DNA of 64,000 nucleotides from a virus (Duplodnaviria; Heunggongvirae; Uroviricota; Caudoviricetes): IMG/VR virus record IMGVR_UViG_3300002835_005179, positions 1 to 64,000 of that record; one strand, 5' to 3'. Shown piece by piece: positions 19,681 to 27,941 of this stretch (position 1 is its first letter; each line of letters starts with the position of its first letter). The notes under the pieces were generated by a model. It saw only the letters and a program-made list of their open reading frames with translations, ran no database searches and was not told where the DNA came from. The position numbers and the translations under genes were made by a program.

Positions 19681-19911
19681 ATGAAAAGGAAAACTGTTCG
19701 GGTGACTGATGTTGTCGATACTGTGAATCGAATTTTAGATGTTTCCACGTGTTCTGTCGATACTCGCTGGGGCATGATTGCTGTTCTTGAACAGATTCTT
19801 CACGACTCAGGAAATTACAAGGGATATAATAATGTCAAAGACGGAAAGATTTGTGGATACAAAGAACAGCCTGATGACACGAGACGATATTATTATGGCG
19901 GGACGAAGTAA
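19681..19911 (+). CDS. hypothetical protein
   Basis: The track ORF 19612..19911 starts at a TTG inside the palindrome. The in-frame ATG at 19681 sits right after the promoter. Confidence 0.4.
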   Translation: MKRKTVRVTDVVDTVNRILDVSTCSVDTRWGMIAVLEQILHDSGNYKGYNNVKDGKICGYKEQPDDTRRYYYGGTK

Positions 19912-20016
19912 GTTGTTTTGTTTGGTGTTGTGGTATTGCTGAAATTTATGGTCGCAGTTAATTTTGATTGACGACTAAACCGCAATTTAGTAAAATAATT
20001 CTAAGGAGAAATAATT

Positions 20017-20283
20017 ATGAAGAAGATTCTTACAGAAGTACAGGGCGAAGGTTTGGTTGCCCTTCTAGGTGAGCATGTGATGTTGTTCTGTGCGAACTAC
20101 ATCTATGCTGGTACACTCACTGGAGTGAACGATACATGTGTCCTTCTAGACGATGCGAAGATTGTTTATGAGACTGGTCCGTTCAGCGATGCGAAGTACA
20201 AGGACGCTCAGAGTCTTCCTACCAAGTCTTGGTATATCCAGACTTCTGCGATTGAGTCTTTCGGCATCGGCAAGAAGGGTTAA
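20017..20283 (+). CDS. hypothetical protein
   Basis: 88 aa with a strong AAGGAGA RBS. A terminator follows. Confidence 0.5.
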   Translation: MKKILTEVQGEGLVALLGEHVMLFCANYIYAGTLTGVNDTCVLLDDAKIVYETGPFSDAKYKDAQSLPTKSWYIQTSAIESFGIGKKG

Positions 20284-20285
20284 GT

Positions 20286-20320
20286 GATGGGGGATTTAAA
20301 ATCCCCCATCCTTTTATTTG
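20286..20320 (+). terminator. rho-independent terminator
   Basis: GATGGGGGAT-ttaaa-ATCCCCCATC hairpin followed by CTTTTATTT. Confidence 0.7.
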
Positions 20321-20421
20321 TTCTATGAAAAATATGTTTACAAGAGAACTTGTAAAAATATTGCATCTAGATCTGGTTCTAATTCATCTGGTTGGTCGGT
20401 AGCAACTTGGACTCCTACATC

Positions 20422-20607
20422 ATGAAGAAATCAATTTACAAAAGAAATATTGGGTCTAGGTCTTGGTCTGGGTCTAGGTCTTGGTCTTGGTCTGGGTCTT
20501 GGTCTGGGTCTTGGTCTGAGTCTAGGTCTAGGTCTGAGTCTAGGTCTAGGTCTGAGTCTAGGTCTGGGTCTGGGTCTGGGTCTTGGTCTTGGTCTAGGTC
20601 TAACTAA
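20422..20607 (+). CDS. micro-gene A1: MKKSIYKRNIG + (X-Ser)n repeat peptide (X=G/R/W/E)
   Basis: ATG in the header. The Ser-X frame is open to a TAA inside the next header. Confidence 0.45.
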   Translation: MKKSIYKRNIGSRSWSGSRSWSWSGSWSGSWSESRSRSESRSRSESRSGSGSGSWSWSRSN

Positions 20608-20611
20608 AAAT

Positions 20612-20854
20612 ATGATAAAGAAATCAATTTACAAAAGAAATATTGGGTCTTGGTCTAGGTCTGGGTCTAGGTCTGGGTCTGAGTCTAGGTCTGAGTCTTG
20701 GTCTTGGTCTGGGTCTGAGTCTAGGTCTGAGTCTGGGTCTTGGTCTAGGTCTTGGTCTGAGTCTTGGTCTAGGTCTGGGTCTGGGTCTAGGTCTAGGTCT
20801 AGGTTTAGGTCTGGGTCTAGGTCTAGGTTTAGGTTTAGGTCTGGGTCTAACTAA
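20612..20854 (+). CDS. micro-gene A2: MIKKSIYKRNIG + (X-Ser)n
   Basis: Same architecture, 80 aa, ends GSN-TAA. Confidence 0.45.
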   Translation: MIKKSIYKRNIGSWSRSGSRSGSESRSESWSWSGSESRSESGSWSRSWSESWSRSGSGSRSRSRFRSGSRSRFRFRSGSN

Positions 20855-20858
20855 AAAT

Positions 20859-21083
20859 ATGATAAAGAAATCAATTTACAAAAGAATTATTTGGTCTAGG
20901 TCTGGGTCTGAGTCTGGGTCTAGGTCTTGGTCTGAGTCTGGGTCTTGGTCTTGGTCTTGGTCTTGGTCTGAGTCTTGGTCTGGGTCTAGGTCTTGGTCTG
21001 GGTCTGGGTCTTGGTCTTGGTCTGGGTCTGAGTCTGGGTCTTGGTCTAGGTCTAGGTCTGGGTCTAGGTCTGGGTCTAACTAA
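20859..21083 (+). CDS. micro-gene A3: MIKKSIYKRIIW + (X-Ser)n
   Basis: Same architecture, 74 aa. Confidence 0.45.
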   Translation: MIKKSIYKRIIWSRSGSESGSRSWSESGSWSWSWSWSESWSGSRSWSGSGSWSWSGSESGSWSRSRSGSRSGSN

Positions 21084-21087
21084 AAAT

Positions 21088-21123
21088 ATGATAAAGAAAT
21101 CAATTTACAAAAGAATTATTTGA
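21088..21123 (+). pseudogene. truncated micro-gene A4 (header only, MIKKSIYKRII-stop)
   Basis: The header is present but followed by TGA and no hexamer array. Confidence 0.4.
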
Positions 21124-21165
21124 TCAATGTAGTATAATTGTATACAACTGACAAGGTTATTAATA

Positions 21166-23391
21166 ATGATTATTTCACATTCTCCTGATAATAATGTTGT
21201 TCTTTCTTCTATTGATAGAACAGATGAATTTAAAATCAAGAATTCTTCGAAAGCATTCTCGATTTTAAGTTCTGGTTTATATGCAAATAAGATTAAAGCG
21301 ATTATTCGAGAACTTTCTTGTAATGCTTATGATTCGCATGTGGCAGCAGGAAAGAAGGATATTCCGTTTGACGTACACCTTCCTAATCGTATTGAACCAT
21401 GGTTCTCTATTCGTGATTATGGAACTGGTCTAGATGACACACAAGTGAAATCTATCTATACAACTTATTTCGAATCAACGAAAACGCATTCGAATGAATT
21501 CGTTGGTGCACTTGGACTTGGTTCCAAATCACCATTCAGTTATACTGAAAACTTCAGCATCACTACGATTAAGAACGGTAAGTGTTGGATTTTTAGTGCG
21601 TTCGTGAATGAACATGGCATCCCTTCCATTGCGTCTATGGGAGTTTCTGATACGACAGAACCGAACGGCGTTGAGATTAAATTTTCAGTAGATAACCAAG
21701 ACGATATCGTTAAGTTTGTCACAGAAGCTCCTAACGTATTTATCTGGTTCGAGACACAACCAAATATCTCCGGTAATAGAGAGTATACATTATCTTTCGA
21801 TTACGTCGTTAAAAGAGAAAAGAATTACGAAGAACAGAATATCATACCAGGAATTCATGTATTATCTACAAGAGGTTATGGTACTAGTAAAGCTCTGATG
21901 GGAAATATCTGTTATCCTATTGATGTTCCAAACGCAAAAACGAATTTAACGGATAAACTGCATTCTTTACTATCCAATAATCTTGTAATGGAATTCAATA
22001 TTGGAGAATTAGATTTCCAAGCTTCTCGAGAAGGTTTGGCTTACACTCCGTTGACTATTTCTTCAATCAAGAATAAACTTCAAAAGTTAAGTGATTCATT
22101 GTACTGTATTCTAGATGAACAAGCTAAACAACACAATCATAATTCTTGGTTTCTTGCAGATTTCTTAGTTAATAAAAATTCTCTTCCTATTTGGAAGATG
22201 ACTGTGACAGAATATGTAAATAATAATAACTTAAATGTTGTCGCAATTAACAAATACAATAATTTACATGAAATCTATTACAATGTAATTTCTATTTCGC
22301 GAGAAAAGTGTTCTGAATTCAATATTTCAATTAATTCTTTCGAAAAGGATTCGTATTCTGGAAGAACTAGAAGATATGATCTAAATAACTCTGGCATTAA
22401 TATGTATCAAACATGTTCAAAATACAAGTTCATTATTAATGATACGACTATTGGTGCTGGAGAAAGATGTAAACGATATATCGATAATCTAGAAACAGGA
22501 CACAAGATAAAGAAATTTATCCTTTTACAGAAAATCGATAAAGATAAAGATATGAATCTTGAAGAATTCTTCAAGTCAATAAGTAATCCACCAGATGATA
22601 TTATCATAAATGTTTCTACCCTTCCGGAATTGGAAAAGAAAAAGAGAACCAAAGATGTAACAGTTGTTAAAATACAAGAAGATAATAGAAAATATTACAA
22701 TCCAAATTATACTTGGAAAGAATGTGGTAAATTACAAGATCTAAATAACACGACGAATACCATGTATTATATTCCTCTTTCTGGGTATAATGTTATTTCA
22801 AATTACACTACTGACTTTAAAGGAGTCTATAAATTATTGAAAGAATGTGGTTTTTTTGGACCGATTGGTTCACGTATGACTATTTATGGAATCAGAAAAG
22901 GGGATATTGAATCACTTTCGAATTATCCAAATTGGATAAATATTGAACGTGTTATTATCGATAAATTACAATCCGAAAAAGAATCCATTAAGAATCGAAT
23001 TTATGCAGATTTGAATATTGACTGCATCAATAAATTCAAGTATAATAAAAATATATTGGATAAATTGAATGATAATTCTCCATTCAAGAAAGTTGTTCAA
23101 GAATTCAATATAACAAATAATTCGAAAAACAACAAACCAGGTTCAATTAATTCCTATATGATGTTGGCGAATATATATTCCAACGATAATATCTATAAAG
23201 AATTAAAGGAATTCCAGTTGGCGGCAGAAACTAAAGTGCAAACAATTTTAAATAGATATCCATTATTACGTTATATGGTTGATATTGATTCTTATTTGTT
23301 TGAAACAGACAAAAATAGATATGATGTATTTGCAGGATACATTAATTTAATTGACGATCAGAAAAAGGAGTTAACATGTTCCCTTACTTAA
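21166..23391 (+). CDS. rIIA: rIIA-like protein (GHKL ATPase fold)
   Basis: 741 aa. GHKL N-box RELSCNAYDS, G1 box IRDYGTGLDD and G2 box GALGLGSKS at the N-terminus. Size and the rIIB-like neighbour match T4 rIIA. Confidence 0.6.
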   Translation: MIISHSPDNNVVLSSIDRTDEFKIKNSSKAFSILSSGLYANKIKAIIRELSCNAYDSHVAAGKKDIPFDVHLPNRIEPWFSIRDYGTGLDDTQVKSIYTTYFESTKTHSNEFVGALGLGSKSPFSYTENFSITTIKNGKCWIFSAFVNEHGIPSIASMGVSDTTEPNGVEIKFSVDNQDDIVKFVTEAPNVFIWFETQPNISGNREYTLSFDYVVKREKNYEEQNIIPGIHVLSTRGYGTSKALMGNICYPIDVPNAKTNLTDKLHSLLSNNLVMEFNIGELDFQASREGLAYTPLTISSIKNKLQKLSDSLYCILDEQAKQHNHNSWFLADFLVNKNSLPIWKMTVTEYVNNNNLNVVAINKYNNLHEIYYNVISISREKCSEFNISINSFEKDSYSGRTRRYDLNNSGINMYQTCSKYKFIINDTTIGAGERCKRYIDNLETGHKIKKFILLQKIDKDKDMNLEEFFKSISNPPDDIIINVSTLPELEKKKRTKDVTVVKIQEDNRKYYNPNYTWKECGKLQDLNNTTNTMYYIPLSGYNVISNYTTDFKGVYKLLKECGFFGPIGSRMTIYGIRKGDIESLSNYPNWINIERVIIDKLQSEKESIKNRIYADLNIDCINKFKYNKNILDKLNDNSPFKKVVQEFNITNNSKNNKPGSINSYMMLANIYSNDNIYKELKEFQLAAETKVQTILNRYPLLRYMVDIDSYLFETDKNRYDVFAGYINLIDDQKKELTCSLT

Positions 23392-24137
23392 TTCAAGGTT
23401 CTAACATTATTATTGTGATTGGGTCGAAGACTCATACAATCAACAAACAACATCTTTCTTATAACAAGATTGTAGATGCCATCAAGACAAGCGATTGGGA
23501 TACTGTGAAGGATCTCATTGAACCAAAGAAAGCCATTCTGAAGTATGGTGCTGGGAATATCTCAATCCAAGGTGACAAGATCTTCTGGAAGGATGAGGAG
23601 TTCACTAATTATTTATCAGATAAGATTGTTTCTATGTTCCAAGAAGGATTTCCAATTGAACCGATGGTTCTATTTATGGAGAATCTAATGAAGAATCCAT
23701 CGAAGCGTGCAGTTAACGAACTGTATGGTTTCTTGGAAAAGGGGAAAATGCCTATTACTTCAGATGGTTGTTTCCTTGCTTACAAGCGTGTCCGTTCTGA
23801 TTATAAAGACGTACATAGCGGAACATTCGATAATTCAGTAGGCAAGATCGTTCAGATGGAACGAAATAAAGTAGACGACGACAAGGATCGAACTTGTTCC
23901 AGCGGTTTACATTTCTGTTCTGAAGAATATCTAAAGCATTTCTCTGGTGAACGAATTATGATCTTGAAGATTAATCCACGTGATGTGGTTTCAATTCCTG
24001 CAGATTATAATGATTCTAAGGGTCGATGCTGCCGTTATGAAGTTATCGGAGAACTTGGAGCCGAAACGAATCCTAAGGATGCTTTCCAAGAGCCAGTACA
24101 AGATAATGGTATTGGTATCTGGATTGAAGTTGGGTAA
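23376..24137 (+). CDS. rIIB: rIIB-like protein
   Basis: 253-aa ORF overlapping the end of rIIA, as in T4. Family assignment rests on context only. Confidence 0.45.
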   Translation: MFPYLIQGSNIIIVIGSKTHTINKQHLSYNKIVDAIKTSDWDTVKDLIEPKKAILKYGAGNISIQGDKIFWKDEEFTNYLSDKIVSMFQEGFPIEPMVLFMENLMKNPSKRAVNELYGFLEKGKMPITSDGCFLAYKRVRSDYKDVHSGTFDNSVGKIVQMERNKVDDDKDRTCSSGLHFCSEEYLKHFSGERIMILKINPRDVVSIPADYNDSKGRCCRYEVIGELGAETNPKDAFQEPVQDNGIGIWIEVG

Positions 24138-24145
24138 AAGATATT

Positions 24146-24220
24146 GCGCTTGTAGCATAATGGTAATGTAGAAGATTCTAAACCTTCGAGATGAGAGTTC
24201 GATTCTCTCCAAGCGCACCA
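24146..24220 (+). tRNA. tRNA with anticodon CUA (amber-reading), includes encoded CCA
   Basis: Manual cloverleaf: acceptor GCGCTTG/CAAGCGC, D-arm GCAT-AATGGTA-ATGT, anticodon stem GAAGA/CCTTC (one A.C mismatch) with loop TTCTAAA, variable GAGAT, T-arm GAGAG-TTCGATT-CTCTC, discriminator A, then CCA. Conserved T8, A14, GG18-19, U33, R37 and the TTCGA T-loop are all present. Confidence 0.75.
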
Positions 24221-24270
24221 AATTAAAAGAGGAATATATGACATAGAAGACTAAAATTAAGTGTGAATAT

Positions 24271-24492
24271 TTGATTTTTCACTTCAATAAGAAACATCTT
24301 GAAGATCCTTCCATTCCAATGTGGTCGATCAAAGCAAAAGGTGAAACTTATTATGTGAAGCATGTAGATTGTGCTCTACCATGGAGCACAAAAGAAACTC
24401 CTGATAATCCTCATACAAAAGGATCTATCAAAATCAAAAATTGTACTTTGACAATAGACTATCTAGATAATGCTTATATAACGGGAGAGTAA
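24271..24492 (+). CDS. hypothetical protein
   Basis: 73-aa ORF followed by a terminator. Confidence 0.4.
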   Translation: MIFHFNKKHLEDPSIPMWSIKAKGETYYVKHVDCALPWSTKETPDNPHTKGSIKIKNCTLTIDYLDNAYITGE

Positions 24493-24513
24493 AATCTCCC
24501 GTTTCATTTTTTT
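24481..24513 (+). terminator. rho-independent terminator
   Basis: ACGGGAGA-gtaaaa-TCTCCCGT hairpin followed by TTCATTTTTTT. Confidence 0.7.
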
Positions 24514-24520
24514 ATAAATA
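24513..24520 (+). promoter_or_regulatory. late promoter TATAAATA
   Basis: Exact TATAAATA 20 nt upstream of the ORF at 24540. Confidence 0.45.
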
Positions 24521-24539
24521 CTCTTGGAGTATAATAGTC

Positions 24540-24770
24540 ATGTTCACAATTAATTCAGCAACCAATCCTAATGATCGAAATCTTAATAATTATTATCTAA
24601 AACATTTTAAAAATAATAATAAATTGTCTCAAGAATTGAAGAAACAAATAACACCAAAACTTATTTCTGATGCTATCAAAGAAGCAATATCACAATCAAA
24701 AAAAACCAAGGACAAGGGATATAAATTAGAATTCACAATCGACGGTATAAAACCCGTAGAGGAACAGTAA
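24540..24770 (+). CDS. hypothetical protein
   Basis: 76-aa lysine-rich ORF. Confidence 0.4.
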   Translation: MFTINSATNPNDRNLNNYYLKHFKNNNKLSQELKKQITPKLISDAIKEAISQSKKTKDKGYKLEFTIDGIKPVEEQ

Positions 24771-25762
24771 TGTTATCTTTTAAATCTTTTCTTATACTAG
24801 AAGGTGGCGTCGGGGGCCACATGGCGCATGTTTTTGACATATCTTCAACTGGAAAAGAATTGATTGGAGTATTTAAGGAAGCAATCAAATTCATCAATTC
24901 TGGTAAGACATCTGTTAAGATAGATGGAATCAATGCTTCACTTCGTTTGGTTGAAGGAAAATTTGTTCTAGATCGTGGTTCGGCAAAGCCTTTGGATATT
25001 AAAGGAATTCGTCCAGAAGATTTGGAAGATAGATTTGGACAAGGACATGGATTTGTTGAAAAAGGAAAGAAGATAATTGACATTTTTGACACAGCTTATC
25101 CGAAAATTAAGCCAGAATTGGAGAAACTTGGTCTTTTAAATAATCCTAATATCTTATTCAATACTGAGTATGTTGAAGGTAAGACTAATGTTGTTCAATA
25201 TGAAGGAATCGATAATTTCTTAGCAATCCATGGATTAAAAGAAATTAAGGTTAATAAGACAAATCCAAAGACTGGCGTTGTTACATCAAGAGTAGCTTCC
25301 AATATTTCATTCGATCAAACAACAATGGCTTCTCTTATCAAGAAATTAGATGAAGTTGCAAAAGCTTTTGGATTTAAAGTTCTCGGTAATGTTGGTGTAA
25401 CATTCAAAGAGAACCCTGATTTAACCAAGGTTTTATCAGAAGAGATTACTCTAAACGAACAAACTAAAACGCTTGGAGAATGGTTATCTAATCTGACATT
25501 TAAGACTCCTCTAATTACAAGAGCAAAATTCATCCAAATTATGAACTCAGATAAGAAAGATCTTACTGAGAAACAACTTACAGATTATCTAGTTTATATT
25601 GCAACTATTCGCCTTGGTGATGAAATTCTTAATAGTTCAACTTCAGATCTAGGCGATCTTAAAGGTCAAGAAGGAATCGTCATAAGAAGATCTGATAATT
25701 CTTTATACAAAATAACTGGATCGTTTATTCTTCGTGGATTAGAATCTACATTTGGAAAGTAA
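24770..25762 (+). CDS. KxDG nucleotidyltransferase (ATP-dependent RNA/DNA ligase-like) with capsid-targeting-like N-terminus
   Basis: N-terminus MLSFKSFLILE (like T4 CTS MKTYQEFIAE). Motif I SVKIDGINAS, motif IV-like QEGIVIRR and LYKITG. Confidence 0.35.
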   Translation: MLSFKSFLILEGGVGGHMAHVFDISSTGKELIGVFKEAIKFINSGKTSVKIDGINASLRLVEGKFVLDRGSAKPLDIKGIRPEDLEDRFGQGHGFVEKGKKIIDIFDTAYPKIKPELEKLGLLNNPNILFNTEYVEGKTNVVQYEGIDNFLAIHGLKEIKVNKTNPKTGVVTSRVASNISFDQTTMASLIKKLDEVAKAFGFKVLGNVGVTFKENPDLTKVLSEEITLNEQTKTLGEWLSNLTFKTPLITRAKFIQIMNSDKKDLTEKQLTDYLVYIATIRLGDEILNSSTSDLGDLKGQEGIVIRRSDNSLYKITGSFILRGLESTFGK

Positions 25763-27926
25763 TATGTCTAAGAAATATTTCGCACGTCTATCTAAGTCTA
25801 CAGCTACTAAAAGAAAAACATTCTGGAAGAAACTTGGTTCTTATCCGTTCACTAAAGATGAGTATGATCGTGCGGAAAAAGTTCCTGGAGATGCGAAGTC
25901 TGAGACAAGACCATCGCAATATAATAAGAAGTATAGAGAAATGTATGAAGCAGTACATAATGAAGCTCCTTATCTAAAATGGGGTATTATTTCTCCAACT
26001 GGTAAAGTTATTTCTGGCGATGAATATAAAAGTAGTGATAATTTGAATCATGCATCATTTCTTGTCAGACTTGGGTTAGAAAAAGAATACGATCTAAATG
26101 GGAAAAATTCGAACTATTCAAGATATGCTATTTTGAAGGATGTCTATGGATTAACCTCAATAATAACCATACCAGGTCGTGCAAAAATTGATTCTGTTAT
26201 AAAAGCATGGAAAAATATTCCGATGGGAGATGATATATTAATCTTACTTAGTAAGTATAATGATGATGAATATGAAGGTCCTTCATCTAAAGCTCTATCG
26301 TGGTTAAAACAATATAAATCAAAAGTACAAGAAGAATATGACGAAATCAGTGAATCCAGATCAATCAAGGCGCTTCAAAAGAAAGCAAAAGCTTCTGGTG
26401 TTCCTTATTCTATCTTGAAGCGAGTTTATAATCGTGGTATGGCTGCTTGGGTTACAGGACACAGACCAGGTGCAACACAATCTGCTTGGGCATTTGCAAG
26501 AGTCAATTCGTTCCTAACAAAAGGAAAGACTTGGTATGGGCCAGATGCAGATCTCGCGAAGAAAGCAAGAAAGTATCTACAAGAAGCTCATTTTATACCA
26601 CAATATTTTGATTGGGGCTGGATTGATGATCGTGGAAATATTCAATATCCAGAAGAGCATGATAGAACACATACATCTATTCTAAGAAGATTAACAGAAA
26701 AACAACCTGAATATAATTTGGGCGATAGGCCAACAGAAACTGATGCAACAAAACAAGGTTGGATTCGTTGGGTAGTTGAATACAGCAATTCTGAATTTGT
26801 TTTATTTTTCAATACAAAGAAATTGATTAAAACGATAAAGATGTATAGATCTATAGAAAATATTGTAAATAAACATAAAGATTCGTCATATATTTCATTT
26901 GATTTGCCTAGAAAATTTATACAATCTAGAACGAGGAACGAATTCATGTTAGAGCTATCTAAGGTATTTGGAATAAAAGAAGATCAAGATTACGAAATAG
27001 AAATGATTTCTGGACAATTAAAGAAAATTATAGATCTATCTACAGATACCTTGAATATTATCCAGAATCAGTCAGAAATTCCTGCATGGATTCAAGATAA
27101 GATCTCAGTTTCTACTCATAACGCAGAAGCAATATTTGATTACTACAATTATTCGGAAGAAAAGATTCAAGAAGAAACGCAGATGAAGAAAGTTGTCATA
27201 TTTCCAGGTGGTTTCCATCCATTCCATAAAGGCCATTATTCGGTTTATACTGCAATCAAAAAGAAATTTCCAGATGCAGATGTATATGTTGCTTCAACAA
27301 ACGAACAAACCGAAAGACCATTTTCATTTGAAGATAAAAAATATCTAGCAAGTCAACTAGGAGTTCCTGAGAAATCATTCGTTGAAGTAAAGATTCCATA
27401 TGTTGCTACAGAGATTACACGGAAATATGATAAAAAGAATACGATAGTTATCTTTGCTATTTCTGGAAAAGATCCAGATAGAATCTCTTACACAAAGAAA
27501 GATGGTACACCAGGATACTTTGCAGAATGGACTGGTGAAAATGTCGAACCATTTGAATCAAAAGGATATATCTTTATTACACCAAAGGTAGATTTTAAGA
27601 TTGCAGGTAAACAAGTTGATTCTGCTTCAATGATTAGAAAAATGTATAAAGAAGCTGATGATTCAGAAAAGAATCAAATTATCAAAGATATGTATCCTGG
27701 TGGTGATGTCAAAAATATTAAAAAAATCTTAGACAATAATTTGATAGATTCTACACAAGAATCAGTAGAAATTATTTCTGAAACTATCAGATGCAGTAAG
27801 AAGACTGGTAAGAATATCTGTTTCGTATTCTCTAAAAAGGGTAAGAAGATGGGTGGTCCATATTCTGAAACGAAAGCCAAGAAAAGACTCAGACAAATTG
27901 AATTCTTCAAACATTTAAATAAATAA
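25752..27926 (+). CDS. large multidomain protein with C-terminal HxGH nucleotidyltransferase (NMN/NaMN adenylyltransferase-like) domain
   Basis: C-terminal VVIFPGGFHPFHKGH matches the GG(T/F)xDPxHxGH motif of the NadD/NMNAT/cytidylyltransferase class. The N-terminal 480 aa are unknown. Confidence 0.4.
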   Translation: MESNMSKKYFARLSKSTATKRKTFWKKLGSYPFTKDEYDRAEKVPGDAKSETRPSQYNKKYREMYEAVHNEAPYLKWGIISPTGKVISGDEYKSSDNLNHASFLVRLGLEKEYDLNGKNSNYSRYAILKDVYGLTSIITIPGRAKIDSVIKAWKNIPMGDDILILLSKYNDDEYEGPSSKALSWLKQYKSKVQEEYDEISESRSIKALQKKAKASGVPYSILKRVYNRGMAAWVTGHRPGATQSAWAFARVNSFLTKGKTWYGPDADLAKKARKYLQEAHFIPQYFDWGWIDDRGNIQYPEEHDRTHTSILRRLTEKQPEYNLGDRPTETDATKQGWIRWVVEYSNSEFVLFFNTKKLIKTIKMYRSIENIVNKHKDSSYISFDLPRKFIQSRTRNEFMLELSKVFGIKEDQDYEIEMISGQLKKIIDLSTDTLNIIQNQSEIPAWIQDKISVSTHNAEAIFDYYNYSEEKIQEETQMKKVVIFPGGFHPFHKGHYSVYTAIKKKFPDADVYVASTNEQTERPFSFEDKKYLASQLGVPEKSFVEVKIPYVATEITRKYDKKNTIVIFAISGKDPDRISYTKKDGTPGYFAEWTGENVEPFESKGYIFITPKVDFKIAGKQVDSASMIRKMYKEADDSEKNQIIKDMYPGGDVKNIKKILDNNLIDSTQESVEIISETIRCSKKTGKNICFVFSKKGKKMGGPYSETKAKKRLRQIEFFKHLNK

Positions 27927-27941
27927 CGATAAGGAAAGAAA

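Larger units (their letters stand above)
20333..21123 (+). repeat. tandem micro-gene array: 4-5 units, each a 50-nt header with ATG plus an (NGGTCT)n hexamer core
   Basis: Header TAACTAAAAATATGATAAAGAAATCAATTTACAAAAGAAATATTGGGTCT recurs at about 20422, 20612, 20859 and 21088. Cores are 25-35 pure hexamers NGGTCT (N=A/G/T, occasional GAGTCT). A decayed unit lies at 20333-20420. Confidence 0.9.

Noticed and set aside
20450-21083. Gly-Leu repeat proteins (GLGLGL...) from the +1 frame, as listed in the ORF track
   Set aside because: That frame has no start codon inside a unit and only appears open because NGGTCT lacks stops. The frame fixed by the header ATG gives X-Ser repeats, and decayed copies conserve Ser alternation rather than Gly-Leu.
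20333-21123. CRISPR array, with the conserved 50-nt headers as repeats and the hexamer arrays as spacers
   Set aside because: The would-be spacers are low-complexity (NGGTCT)n tracts, not unique sequences. The would-be repeats carry a stop followed by an ATG in a coding-like arrangement. No cas genes are nearby. The units differ in length by multiples of 6.
24035-24244. Minus-strand ORFs overlapping the tRNA and the rIIB 3' end
   Set aside because: The region folds into a canonical tRNA on the plus strand. The minus ORFs have no start context.
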